From positions 5,216,001 through 5,280,000 of the forward strand of contig CP086569.2 in the NCBI GenBank assembly GCA_009914755.4: a stretch of DNA of 64,000 bases, given 5' to 3'. Positions 37,096-48,585 of this stretch are shown here, in pieces. Positions within the stretch are counted from its first letter, which is position 1. Each line of letters opens with the position of its first letter. The notes below the pieces were generated by a model. It was not told the origin of the DNA and did not search any database. It saw only the letters and a list, made by a program, of their open reading frames with translations. The translations under genes were made by a program, and so were the position numbers. Source of the stretch: the human T2T-CHM13v2.0 reference genome, Homo sapiens.

Positions 37096-38506
37096 GGCCA
37101 CCATCGTCGGCAAAGCCTGAGTCCTGTCCTATCTCTCTCCTCCCCGGACAGCATGAGCTTCACCACTCGGTCTACCTTCTCCACCAACTACCAGTCACTG
37201 GGCTCTGTCCAGGCGCCCAGCTACGGCGCCCGGCCGGTCAGCAGCGCGGCCAGCGTCTATGCAGGCGCCGGGGGCTCTGGTTCCCGGATCTCCGTGTCCG
37301 CTCCACCAGCTTCCGGGGCGGCATGGGGCCTGGGGGCCTGGCCGCGGGGATGGCTGGGGGTCTGGCAGGAATGGGAGGCATCCAGAACAAGAAGACCATG
37401 CAAAGCCTGAACGACTGCCTGGCCTCTTACCTGGACAGAGAGAGGAGCCTGGAGACTGAGAACCGTAGGCTGGAGAGCAAAATCCGGGAGCACTTGGAGA
37501 AGAAGGGACCCCAGGTCAAAGACTGGAGCCATTACTTCAAGACCATCGAGGACCTGAGGGCTCAGATCTTCGCAAATACTGTGGACAATGCCTGCATCGT
37601 TCTACATATTGACAATGCCCGTCTTGCTGCTGATGACTTTAGAGTCAAGTATGAGACACAGCTGGCGATGCGCCAGTCTGTGGAGAACGACATCCATGGG
37701 CTCCGCAAGGTCATTGATGACACCAATGTCACTTGACTGCAGCTAGAGACAGAGATTGAAGCTCTCAGGGAGGAGCTGCTCTTCATGAAGAACCACGAAG
37801 AGGAAGTAAAAGGCCTACAAGCCCAGATTGCCAGCTTTAGGTTGACCGTGGAGGTAGATGCCCCCAAATCTCAGGACCTTGCCAAGATCATGGCAGACAT
37901 CCGGGCCCAATATGACAAGCTGGCTGGGAAGAACCGAGAGGAGCTAGACAAATACTGGCCTCAGCAGATTGAGGAGAACACCACAGTGGTCACCACACAG
38001 TCCGCCGAGGTTGGAGCTGCTGAGATGACGCTCACAGAGCTGAGACGTACAGTCCAGTCCTTGGAGATCGACCTGGACTCCATGAGAAATCTGAAGGCCA
38101 GCTTGGAGAACAACCCGAGGGAGGTGGAGGCCCGCTACTCCCTTCAGATGGTGCAGCTCATCGGGATCCTGCTGCACCTGGAGTCAGAGCTGGCACAGAC
38201 CCGGGCAGAGAGACAGCGCCAGGCCCAGGAGTAATGAGGCCGTGCTGAACATCAAGGTCAAGCTGGAGGCTGAGATCACCACCTACCGCCGCCTGCTGGA
38301 AGATGGCGAGGACTTCATTCTTGGTGATGCCTTGGACAGCAGCAACTCCATGCAAACCATCCAAAAGACCACCACCCGCCGGAGAGTGGATGGCAAAGTG
38401 GTGTCTGAGACCAACGACACCAAAGTTCTGAGGCATTAAGCCAGCAGAAGCAGGGTACCCTTTGGGGAGCAGGAGGCCAATAAAAAGTACAGAGTTAAAA
38501 AAAAAA
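37096..38506 (+). pseudogene. KRT18P: Keratin 18 (KRT18) processed pseudogene. It is an intronless retrocopy with the 5'UTR, the whole CDS (start codon 37153, stop TAA 38437-38439), the 3'UTR and a poly(A) tail.
   Basis: Translation matches human keratin 18 throughout: [49 protein letters not shown]..., ...[222 protein letters not shown], ...LLNIKVKLEAEI.TYRRLLEDGEDF.LGDALDSSNSMQTIQKTTTRR.VDGKVVSETNDTKVLRH. There are no introns. Disabling lesions are a 1-bp deletion near 37299 (frameshift), CGA to TGA nonsense at 37734-37736, an in-frame 3-bp deletion (LFMKK to LFMK), and a 1-bp insertion near 38232 (tat gag to taa tga g). Confidence 0.95.
38479..38484 (+). terminator. AATAAA polyadenylation signal of the retrocopied KRT18 mRNA
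   Basis: aataaa lies 12 nt upstream of the A10 tail at 38497-38506. Confidence 0.8.
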
Positions 38507-38519
38507 GATTTAAACAATG
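38504..38519. repeat. 3' target-site duplication of the KRT18 retrocopy (aaagatttaaacaatg), merging with the poly(A)
   Basis: See the 5' TSD. The TSD is A-leading, which is typical for L1-endonuclease-mediated insertion. Confidence 0.85.
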
Positions 38520-39420
38520 AAAACTATAAAACATTGATGAAAGAAATTGAGGCAGATACAAAAAAATTGAAAGACATTTCATATTCATAGATTGGAAAAA
38601 TCTATATTGTTACAAAGTCCATACTACCCAAAGCCATCTACAATTCCTATCAAAACACCAATGACATTCTTCAGAGAAATAGAAAAAATAATCCTAAAAT
38701 TTATATGGAACCACAAAAGACCCAGAATAACCAAAGCTATGCTAAGCAAAAATAACTACACTGGGGGAATCATAGTACCTGACTTCAAATTATACTACAG
38801 AGCCATAGTAACCAAAACAGCATGGTACTGGCATAAAAATAGACACATATACCAGGGGAACAGAATAGAGAACCCACAAACAAATTCACATACCTACAGT
38901 GAACTCATTTTTGACAAAGGTGCCAGGAATATAAACTGAGGAAAAGAGAGTCTCTTCATTAAATGGTTCTGGGAAAACTGGATATCCATATGTAGAAGAA
39001 TTAAACTTGACCCGTATCTCTTGCTATATACAAAAATCAAATCCAAGTGGATTAAACACTTAAATCTAAGACCTTAAACTATGAAACTACTACAAGAAAA
39101 CACTGGAGAAACTATCCAGGACATTGGTCTTGGCAAAGACTTATTGACCAATGCCCCAGAGGCACAAGCAATCAAACCAAAAAATGGACAAATGGGATCA
39201 CAGCAAGTTAAAAAGTTTCTGCACAGCAAAGGAAACAATCAACAAAGTGATGAGACAACCCACAGAAGGGGGGGAAATATTTGTAAACTACTCATCTGGC
39301 AAGGAATTAATAACCAGAATATATGAGGAGCTCAAACAACTCAATAGGAAAAAAAGTGATTAATAAATAGACAAGAGATTGTAATAGACATTTCTCAAAA
39401 TAATATATACAAATGGCCTA
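38507..39420 (+). mobile_element. L1 ORF2 (about aa 790-1110), sense. This is the downstream segment of the L1 split by the KRT18 retrocopy. Its 3' end is missing.
   Basis: Continues the ORF2 frame directly from 37095: DLNNENYKTLMKEIE.DTKK.KDI..S...[92 protein letters not shown] (ORF 38592..38939), ...[51 protein letters not shown] (ORF 39151..39363). Confidence 0.9.
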
Positions 39421-41728
39421 CCTTCAAGTGTTTAAGTAAAAGTTGTTTCCTGATATCATGTCCATTTACTTATGCAATATAGAGACTTTAATTACCTACT
39501 GTTTTCTTTATAGTACAGCAGATTTTTAAATTAGTTTGTAATGGAGCAAACAGGTTGGTGAAAATGTAAAGAAAAAGTTTTGAAATTTTTTATTCTAAAA
39601 AACTTCAATTATATTCTCTCTCTAGATATGATTGAGTTTTATCCCTGTTTTATTTCTATGCGCACAACTCAAAAAGGTTTGTTGACAAAACAGTCAAAGC
39701 TTCGAAATTGGGTAAATTGCTTAGAAGAAACTTATTTTCAATTTCACAAGGAAGAAATTTTAAAACTTAAGTCTTTTAGCAATGTACAGATTGTACATTA
39801 TTATCTTGGAGGCATGTATTTTGTCTGCATTAAAATCATGCAAAGGAACACGCTTTACAAATCAATTTCACTGTGGACCTAAAGACCAGATACACCACCA
39901 AGTCCCATTTAAAAATGGCCTTAATTTAGAATTCACCCTCTCAAGAACAGATTGAGTATTAAAACATATGAAATGTTTGAGAGCTAAAATTGTTTCAAAT
40001 ATTTTGGATAGCTTAAAGGCATATTTTAGAAATACTGATTTCTTAGTATTTTCTTTGCCAAACTGAAGAAAATAATGGATCCAGCCCTCAAAATTTTGCT
40101 TTGGGAATTTCTCATCATCATTAAAATTTGTATATTATCATAACTGCTTCATGTACCTCCCAAAGCAGTGTAACCAGTGCCTTAGTAGGAACTTTCAATG
40201 GACCATGAAACAATTTTTATTCCCACATTTATTTTTGAGAAAAGTTGAGTCCTCCATAATTCATATTTCTTGAGTTCTTTCTGGGAGTCAGCAAAATCTT
40301 TAAAAAGATTCTTTAAAAAAAGAATTTGTTATCTTAAATATCCAAACTAACTGAGAAGGATTTTAAATTGACATTTGTGTTGTTAGGATAGTTTGACAAT
40401 GTAATTAGTGAAGTCAGATGGCCTGCAGAAAACCAAATGAAAATATAATGTGATCATATATAAATTTTTCTGTAAGATGTCCAGTTCTGTATATCTCAGA
40501 ATTATTCTTTTAATTGTAGCTACCAAAAGGAGTTATTATGATTGGCTAGATTCGCTTTATATAGCCATGAACAATTTAAAATATTAAGGCTAGATTTTGA
40601 GGTGGAAATTTTTGCCTTATATTTTTAGCAAAAAGGAACAATTATATTCTATTTCTCTTAAGGACTAAGTTAATTTGCTAATTAGTATTTTTCAATAGGC
40701 ATTATCATTTTGTTGGATCTGCCAAAGCAAGATTTTATTTCTTAAAATATGATTTTCTCTTATTCTGCCCTTGTCAGTTGATGTGTACATGAGGGGGTAA
40801 ATTGCATTTAGTATTCATCTAAATTGGAATTTTCCAAATGTATAATCTAAAAGCACTGATCTGTTGATACTCCCTGCAATAAAAGTTTTCCTTGAGCAAA
40901 TAGTTTTGGATATATGTATTGTTTTCATATCTTGGAAATGATCTGTAAATGGTGGCATTTAATAGTATGTGAGTTCCTTGGTAATGAAAACATGAATTCT
41001 AATTCTACTTATGTCTCTAACTTGTTGTGTTAGTCTCAGATCTAAGTCATTTTATTTCTCTTGATGTCATTCTTCATGTGTATATTGAGGATGCTGAATC
41101 GGATGACTGTCTAAGGGCTCTGGTTCTTGACTTCTCTAATCGTTTTATTCTAGATAAAATTTAAGTTGTAACTCTATGCTCTTTGAAGCGCATAAACACT
41201 GTCAACATAAAAAAATGAGACTTGAAGGTGGTATCCATTACAGCCTTTGCAAAGATTTCCCTTGAATAAAAGGGCAGAAAATAGAGCCAATAGCTTGTGG
41301 ACTAGGAAGATTTTGTGAAGAATAGGAAAAATGAGTTAATTTCAGAAATGGAAAAAAAAGTACAACTCTAGGCTATGAAAGAAAATAAGCCATCTGGTAT
41401 TATGGCACTGCATGAGTTCAGTCAACCAAAATTCTGTTAATGTAGAAAATGGTAATTGCATATTTTGTGAAAATGTTTCGATTCCTAAGGTTTTAGTTAC
41501 CTCTATAATAAAGGCAACATTATGACTTTTGCTGTTGTCAATTTTCAAATTAATATTTCTTTGATCCAGTAGTAACCTAATTTTTATTGAAACTCAAGGC
41601 ACAGAGGAATATGGATAGAAACTTTAATATAAAGGGATACATAATTAATTTTATATTTGCAATACTTATTTCACTGCAAATAAGATGCTCATTATGTTAA
41701 TCACATTGCAGCTTCTCTGTTTGTAGCT

Positions 41729-42102
41729 TATATGGTTTGGCTGTGTCCCCACCCAAATCTGATCTTGAATTATAGTCCCCATAATCCCCACATGTCACAG
41801 GAGGGACCTGGTAGGAGGTAATTGAATCATGGGGACAGTTACCCCCATACTGTTCTTATGATAACGAGTGCGTTCTCAAGAGATCTGATGGTTTTATAAG
41901 GGGCTTTTCCCCCTTTGCTTGACACTTCTCCTTCCTCCTGCCATGTGAAGAAGTGTGTGTTTGCTTTTCCTTCCACCATGATGGTAAGTTTCATGGGGCC
42001 TTTCCAGCTCTGTGGAACAGTGAGTCAACTAAACCTCTTTCCTTTATAAATTACCCAGTCTTGGGCAGTTCTTTATAGCAGCATGAGAACAAACTAATAC
42101 AG
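41729..42102 (+). mobile_element. Solo MaLR LTR (MST/THE1-like), sense
   Basis: tatatggtttggctgtgtccccacccaaatctgatcttgaattatagtccccataatccccacatgtcacaggagggacctggtaggaggtaattgaatcatggggacag ... ctttataaattacccagtcttgggcagttctttatagcagcatgagaacaaactaatacag. The flanking pentamers are tagct and tagcc, a possible 5-bp TSD. Confidence 0.88.
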
Positions 42103-42507
42103 TAGCCTTAACCTTACACACAATTTGAATAGAAAATTTGATTCGAGCTTCATTATTTTTGTAGTTCAGACTCTATGCAATCTACACAAGTACAACACTG
42201 CTACAGTATATTAGTTTTGCACTCAATAGGAGATTCACTGGGGTGATTTGAATTATACATCAAGAAGAATTGAATCTTTTTGGCATATTTTGTAGAATTT
42301 TTTAAAATTAGCATTATTCAAAGAGGTATTGGTTTATTAATTTGACACCACAGTCTTCCGTACACTGATTTCATTTTTTTTCATGCTGATTCTGCCATAT
42401 CCTGTGACCTTCAGTATAAACTACTGTGTGGCTTTGCATAAGAAAATGAGAAACTTGTTCTCAAAAGTTAGCCTGTATCACGGTTGCATATGCTAGTCCA
42501 TGCTATA

Positions 42508-42650
42508 GGTGGCATAGGCCTGTAGTCCTAGCTGAGATGGGATAACTGCTAGAGCCCAGGAATTTGGGGTTGTACTGAGCTATGATCTTTCCACTGCACT
42601 CCTGCCTGGGCTACAGAGTGAGAACATGTCTCTTAAAGAAACAAAAAAAG
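42508..42650 (+). mobile_element. Alu monomer fragment (FRAM/FLAM-like), sense, with a short A-rich tail
   Basis: ggcataggcctgtagtcctagctgagatgggataactgctagagcccaggaatttggggttgtactgagctatgatctttccactgcactcctgcctgggctacagagtgagaacatgtctcttaaagaaacaaaaaaag. Confidence 0.8.
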
Positions 42651-44487
42651 CCCATAAGAATAGGATAAACATCAGTTTTCAGATGAATTGAATCTTGACT
42701 GATCAGATTTTATTTGTATTAGGAACTATAATAAACATTGTAATTCACTGAATTAAGGAGGAGATATATGCATATGCATAGTGATACTTACATGCAATAT
42801 TATATTTCAATTGACTCTAGTAGTAAAGATATCTGATTATTTCTAAACAAATGTCTTTGAAAATGTTTTCACTTCTTATTTATTCCAAGAAATAACACTT
42901 TTATTTCAAAATGGCTTCATTAATGCAGCTTTATTACATGACTTTAAAATTTATGCATAATAAAACTGCAACTGTTACTTCTTTATTGAAGTAAATGGCA
43001 ATTATAGATTGATGCATGGTACTTGATCAACAAAGGTTACGCCAACACTGTGAATTTTATGGTGAGTTCTATTGACCTATAAGCTCTTCAACCATCATCT
43101 AGTTATTTGGAATTCTCATTTACTTTTAGCCAGATATTTCTAGCTCATATTTAGTACTTAAAATTTGTTTTAGGAATATAAAGGAGATATTAAAATATGT
43201 GTGTATGTGATAATGTAGCATGTTTTGGTATTGTTCTCATGATAAATTTTAGTAATATTTATGAAACTCAAAGAGGAGATTTTTTTTCTTTAAAATGTAT
43301 GTTTTCTTAATTTTGTGGTAAAAGAAGCCTAGTTATTTCTATTGTTTTAGTTTACTAATTAAAATATTTGCTAGTCATTAATTCAGAAAATAATGTTAAA
43401 AAACTCAATTATACTCAAAGTAAGAATTTATGCAAACATAATTTTTTATTATTATTGAATTTGTGTAAGTAAAAATAATGACACCTAAACTATCGTTTTT
43501 AAATTTATTAACAAATAAATTTAATCACAGAATATTTAATAGCCTAAAAACAATCTTCTTGTTAAAAACACACTTAACTTGTGAGATATGTTCATCTTCC
43601 ATATTAGACAACTTATGTTTTAAGTTACACATTAGTCATATTATATACCTAGTCATTCATAATATAAAATTTGGTTGGATTATTTATTTTAAAAATTAGT
43701 TTCAGTCATAATGATTCACATAGTCTATAGTATTTCAGATGACAAGGACTATGCTGATCTGTTTACCACAAATATCTTGGGCAGTGTTGATGCTTTAAAA
43801 ATGTCAATGATAAACCTTTAAACCTTAATTAAAAATTACTCTGAGATTTAGAGATACATTTCAAGATGGGCCTTTAGCTTACACAAAAAAGTCCTAATAA
43901 TTATAATGAATGCATTTCTTAGTGGTTGTTAGTATATAAGATATATATAGATATATATATATACTCCCTTACAGTGGGAAAATGGTTCCTTTTCTGTACC
44001 ATTTCTCATGTGATGAATTCGAGAAATTCTTCACATTCAGTCTTAAAAGTTTTAAGCCGAATATGCTTATTGTTCTGAATTTTAAGGAAAATTAATCAAT
44101 ATTTGACTTTGGTGGTTTATAAACCAATTTTCACTTTTCAATTTGGGAACTAAAAGTCTTGAATAAGTTGTTAAAATGTGTTTGTTTTCTTTTTTATTGT
44201 TGTCACGTCCCATGTTTTGCTTCTTTTATTTGTACTTCCATACTATTAGAAATAAGTCCAGACCCATTACATTACTTATTTTTTTGACCTTTTTAGTTAC
44301 CAAATTAGAAAGGATTTTTATCACTAAGCTCTAGACAACACTGAAATTGCAGTCTTTAAAAATGAAAAGCACGTACGTTATTACTTTTCTGTTTAAAGCA
44401 GTCTTTCTCTTTTTAGAGTTTTGTATATTTGAAAACTCTACACTTAAATATTACGAGTTGATTATGAATTCTAATTAATACAAAATT

Positions 44488-44520
44488 AGAGTGATTCTGT
44501 GTGTGTGTGTTTGTGTGTTT
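44488..44520. repeat. (GT)n dinucleotide microsatellite, imperfect
   Basis: ctgtgtgtgtgtgtttgtgtgtttc. Confidence 0.85.
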
Positions 44521-46789
44521 CTTATCATTGAAATAGAATCCTCATTTAAAGTGTGGGGAATTGCAAAATTCTATGTAGAAGATCAATCCTCCCCAAAGTG
44601 TTTTATGAAAGCACTATTTAAAAAAAATTTTATACTTCAGCTTGTATTACCATTAAATTACATTGCATACAGATGAAACATCTTGCAATGAGAAATAAAT
44701 GTGCTGTTTGTCAGTGACACTTAAAAATGTTGTACAATGCTCTTTTATTGATCCTTATTAGTGCATAGAAACATTACTTTCACCTCTATTTTTCTATTCT
44801 GCTTTATTCCATCTAAGAATTTCATGTCTTCAGTTTTATAATATTCTAATTTTATTCAAAATAGATTTTTAACAAATTCAAAATGTTTATCTTTAAGCTT
44901 TTATCCATAATGGATATTATTAAATAATTCCTAAAATGCAGATGTGATCAGGAAATTATTTATTAATATTGGCTTTAAAATTTTGTGATGAATAAACTTG
45001 AGAGTCATCTGTCCAGATCAATACATATTTGGGTGTTTATAAACATACAATTATTTTGTTTAAAAATAGACTTTGCTACTTGTTCCAGGTCAAGCATGAT
45101 TTCACAGTGTTTTGAAGAAAGTCAATAATGCAAGGCTTGAATTTATCTAGAAAATAATGACAATAATCTCTAATCCCTTATGTCCTAATTGTGAGAAATA
45201 ATATAAAATTTTAGGTGAAGACAATGGTATTATAGAAAAAGTTTCTTAAGCCATGATAAGAATAATTCTACTGGGCCATTCTCATGCTAGTGCCTGCTGA
45301 TTTTGGGTTTTTCCTATTACTATTTTATATGTCAGAAGTTTGGGGACAGAGCAACCTGTTAAGTCAAAAACAATGTCTTTCCTTGCTCTACACTTATAGT
45401 AGGAGGTTGCGTGAAAGAAACTGGTATGTCAGTAGAGGACTGTGCTTAGCCATCACAGGCGACGAAGCTAGAAAATCTACTGAGTTACTGCAAAATGTTA
45501 CGTTTAATAACACATCTCCTTTGTGGAAAGCACCAATCATTACTTCCCAGGAAGCCAACATATTGCATAGGCTTGGTCCAATTCTATAAAAATGTATTAC
45601 AAAATACAAATGTGAAGGAGCAGCAGTCCTACTATGTCTCAATTATCACATTCTTTGTAAAGTGAAGTAGAAAATATATTGCAATACCTTACAAATTATA
45701 TTTATTTAGGTATGCTAATATAATGTTGTAGAAATAAGAGAAAATATTTATTGTGTTTAACTTTATTAAAATTTCTTTTTAGCTTTCATACCTGGACTAA
45801 AGAAAGGTACAGTAGAAATCAACACAAACCATCACCATGTTGCATGTTTCATTTTAAAATGAAGTGCTGATTTGTGTTTAAGAACTGTTTACCTTTTTGC
45901 TACTCATAAAACATCAACTGTTTGCTTCAAACACATTTTTGATACATTTAAAATATCTGAAATCTAGGAAGGGCATTCAGTCAGTTGGATATCTTATATA
46001 TCTGAATGCTTTTTCTAAATTGTGTGTCATCAATCTTTAGATAATAAAATAAATGTGACTCTATAGTTATTTATTTGGCTTAAAGTAGTTACTTTCAAAT
46101 TACCTATGAATTTATTATTCATTTCTCTCCTCTGATAGTATAAGCATTTTCAGTATTTTGTTTGAGCAGCCATTAAAGATATAATTATATTTTTCTGTAT
46201 TCTATTCCAATTTGATCTATAAATTGTATATGTTTTCTAAATTACTAACAAAGTTTACATTGTTTATGAATTTGTAAATAATATGTAATATGCATTTTCT
46301 TTGCCAAATTATAACACATGGATTACATGGGAACCTATGATAAGTTAAGGTTGACAGACAAAATATTTCTAAAAACATGGAGTTTAAGCAATCAGTTGAA
46401 AAATATATATATTTTTTGTGCTGATAAAATTTTAAAATGCTGCAGGATATATTGAATGTTCCAAATATATCTGCACTCATTGTGCATATGCACACATTTC
46501 TTTGTTGTCCACTTTATATTTGGTGATGTTTCTGTCCTATTGTTCCACTGTTCTTTATAACAATAATTTATTTCACTCATACACTTTTATCTTAAACTGT
46601 AATGTATAATACATTGATGTTTTGATGAAATAGAAAGAGCACTTAAAGAAAAAATTTTCCTGAAATCCGTCATAAACCTGAATTGTTATGTAAGGAAGAA
46701 ACTTACCTTTAATCTTTAATTTTGACATATTAGCAATATTAACAACATACTTTATCAATTTTTGGTATTTTAAATGTAAAATGTTGCTT

Positions 46790-48585
46790 TTGACTTTTTA
46801 CACTGTGTTGGGGTACTTCTTCTGTTCTTCTATAATCAGTTCTAATGTCCATGATACATTTCTGCCTATCATCTGAATAATGAAATGTGATCTCATTTGT
46901 CCATCTTTGCTTTGGTTGCCTGTGCCTGTTGGATAATGCTCAAAGAGTTTTCGCACACTCAGATTTCCTGAGGAGTTTCCCCAAAGTGTTCTTCTAGTAA
47001 TTTCATAATTTGAAATCTTAGAGTTAAGTCTTTAATATGCATTGATTTGATTTTTTTGTGTATGGCAAGAGGTAGCGGTCTAGTTTCATTCTTCTGCATA
47101 TGGATATCCAGTTTTCAGTTTTCCAGGAAGTATTGATTGAAGAAACTGTCCTTTCCCTAATGTATACTCTTGGAACATTTGTTGAAAATGAGTTTACTGT
47201 AGATGAATTTATTTCTGGGTTTTCTATTCTGTTCCGTTGGTCTATATGTCTGTTTTTATGCCAGTACAATACTATTTTGGTTAGTATAGCTCTGTAGTAT
47301 AATTTGACATCAGGTAATGTGATTTCTCCAATGTAGTTTTTTTTTGCTTAGGATAGCTTTGGCTATTCTGCGTGTTTTGTGGTTCCATATAAGTTTTAGA
47401 ATTTTTTTTTCAATTAATGTGAAGAATGTCGTGATTATTTTACAGGGGTTTGCATTGAATCTGTAGATTACTTTGGGAGTATGAATATCTTAACAATATT
47501 TATTTTTCCACATACATGTAATATCTTTTCATTTTTTGTGTCTTCAATTTCTTTCATCAAAGTTTTACAGTGTTCATTGTAGAGAATTTCACTTCCTTGA
47601 TTAATTTATCATATTTTATTTTATTTGTAGCTATTGTAAATGGGATAAATTTCTTGATTCCTTAATGTTGGCACATAAACATGTTACTGGTTTTTGTATG
47701 TTGATTTTGGATATGAAATCAATATTCATCAGTGATATTGGCCTGTTTTCTTTTTCTGATATGTTGTTGGATTTTGGATACGAAATCAACATACAAAATT
47801 ACTAAATTTGTTTATCAGTTCTAATCATTTTCTTGTGGACTCTTTAGGTTTTTCTAAATATAATATCATATCATTAACAAACAAGAACAATTTTACTTCT
47901 TCCATTTCAACTTGGATGCCCTTTATTTCTTTCTCTTGTCTGATTGCTCTAGCTAGGACTTCCAGTACTATGTTGAATGACACTGGTGACAGTGGTCCTC
48001 CTTATCATGTTCCAGATCTTAGAGAAAACACTTTTCGTTTTTTCCCCTTTCAGTATGATACTAGCTGTAGGTCTGTTGTATACGCCCTTTATTATATTGA
48101 GGTATGTTCATCCTATACTCAATTCTTAGAGAATTTTTTTAAATGAAGGAATGTTGAATTTATCAAGTAATTTTTCAGCATCAATTGAAATAATCATATG
48201 ATTTTTGTCTTTTAGTCTGTTGATATGATGAATCACATAGATTGATTTGCATACATTGAGCCATCTTTGCATCTCTAGGTTAAATCCCACTTGGTCATGA
48301 TGAATGATGTTTTCAATGTGTTGTTGAATTCAGTTTGCTAATATTTTGTTGAAGATTTTTGCATCAATATTCATCAGTGATATTGGCCTGTTTGCTTTTT
48401 CTGATATGTTGTTGGTTTTGGTATCAGGGTAATATTAGCCTCATAGAATAAGTTTTGTAGTGTTCCCTCCTTCTCTATTTTCTAGAATAGTTTGAATAGA
48501 ATTGGTATTAGTTCTTTCTTAAATATTCGTTAGAAGTCAGCAGTGAAACCCTCTGGTCCTCAGCTATTTTTCTGCTGGAAGATAT
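46790..48585 (-). mobile_element. L1-Y, 3' segment (ORF2 from about aa 440 to about aa 1100), antisense. The 3' end is missing. It is separated from its 5' segment (54945-59345) by the insertion of L1-X.
   Basis: Reverse-strand translation shows GPEGFTADF.RIFKKELIPILFKLF.KIEKEGTLQNLFYEANITLIPKP... (consensus [48 protein letters not shown]), continuing through the RT domain. The plus strand shows typical L1 antisense text (ccagtactatgttgaatgacactggtgacagtgg...). Confidence 0.88.

Noticed and set aside
37077-38234. ORFs of 219 aa (37077..37736) and 149 aa (37785..38234) that look like a keratin gene
   Set aside because: They are pieces of the intronless KRT18 retrocopy. The 219-aa ORF starts in L1 flank or 5'UTR sequence out of the KRT18 frame, joins the keratin frame only after a 1-bp deletion, and ends at a CGA>TGA stop. 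The copy also has a poly(A) tail and TSDs. So it is a pseudogene, not a gene.
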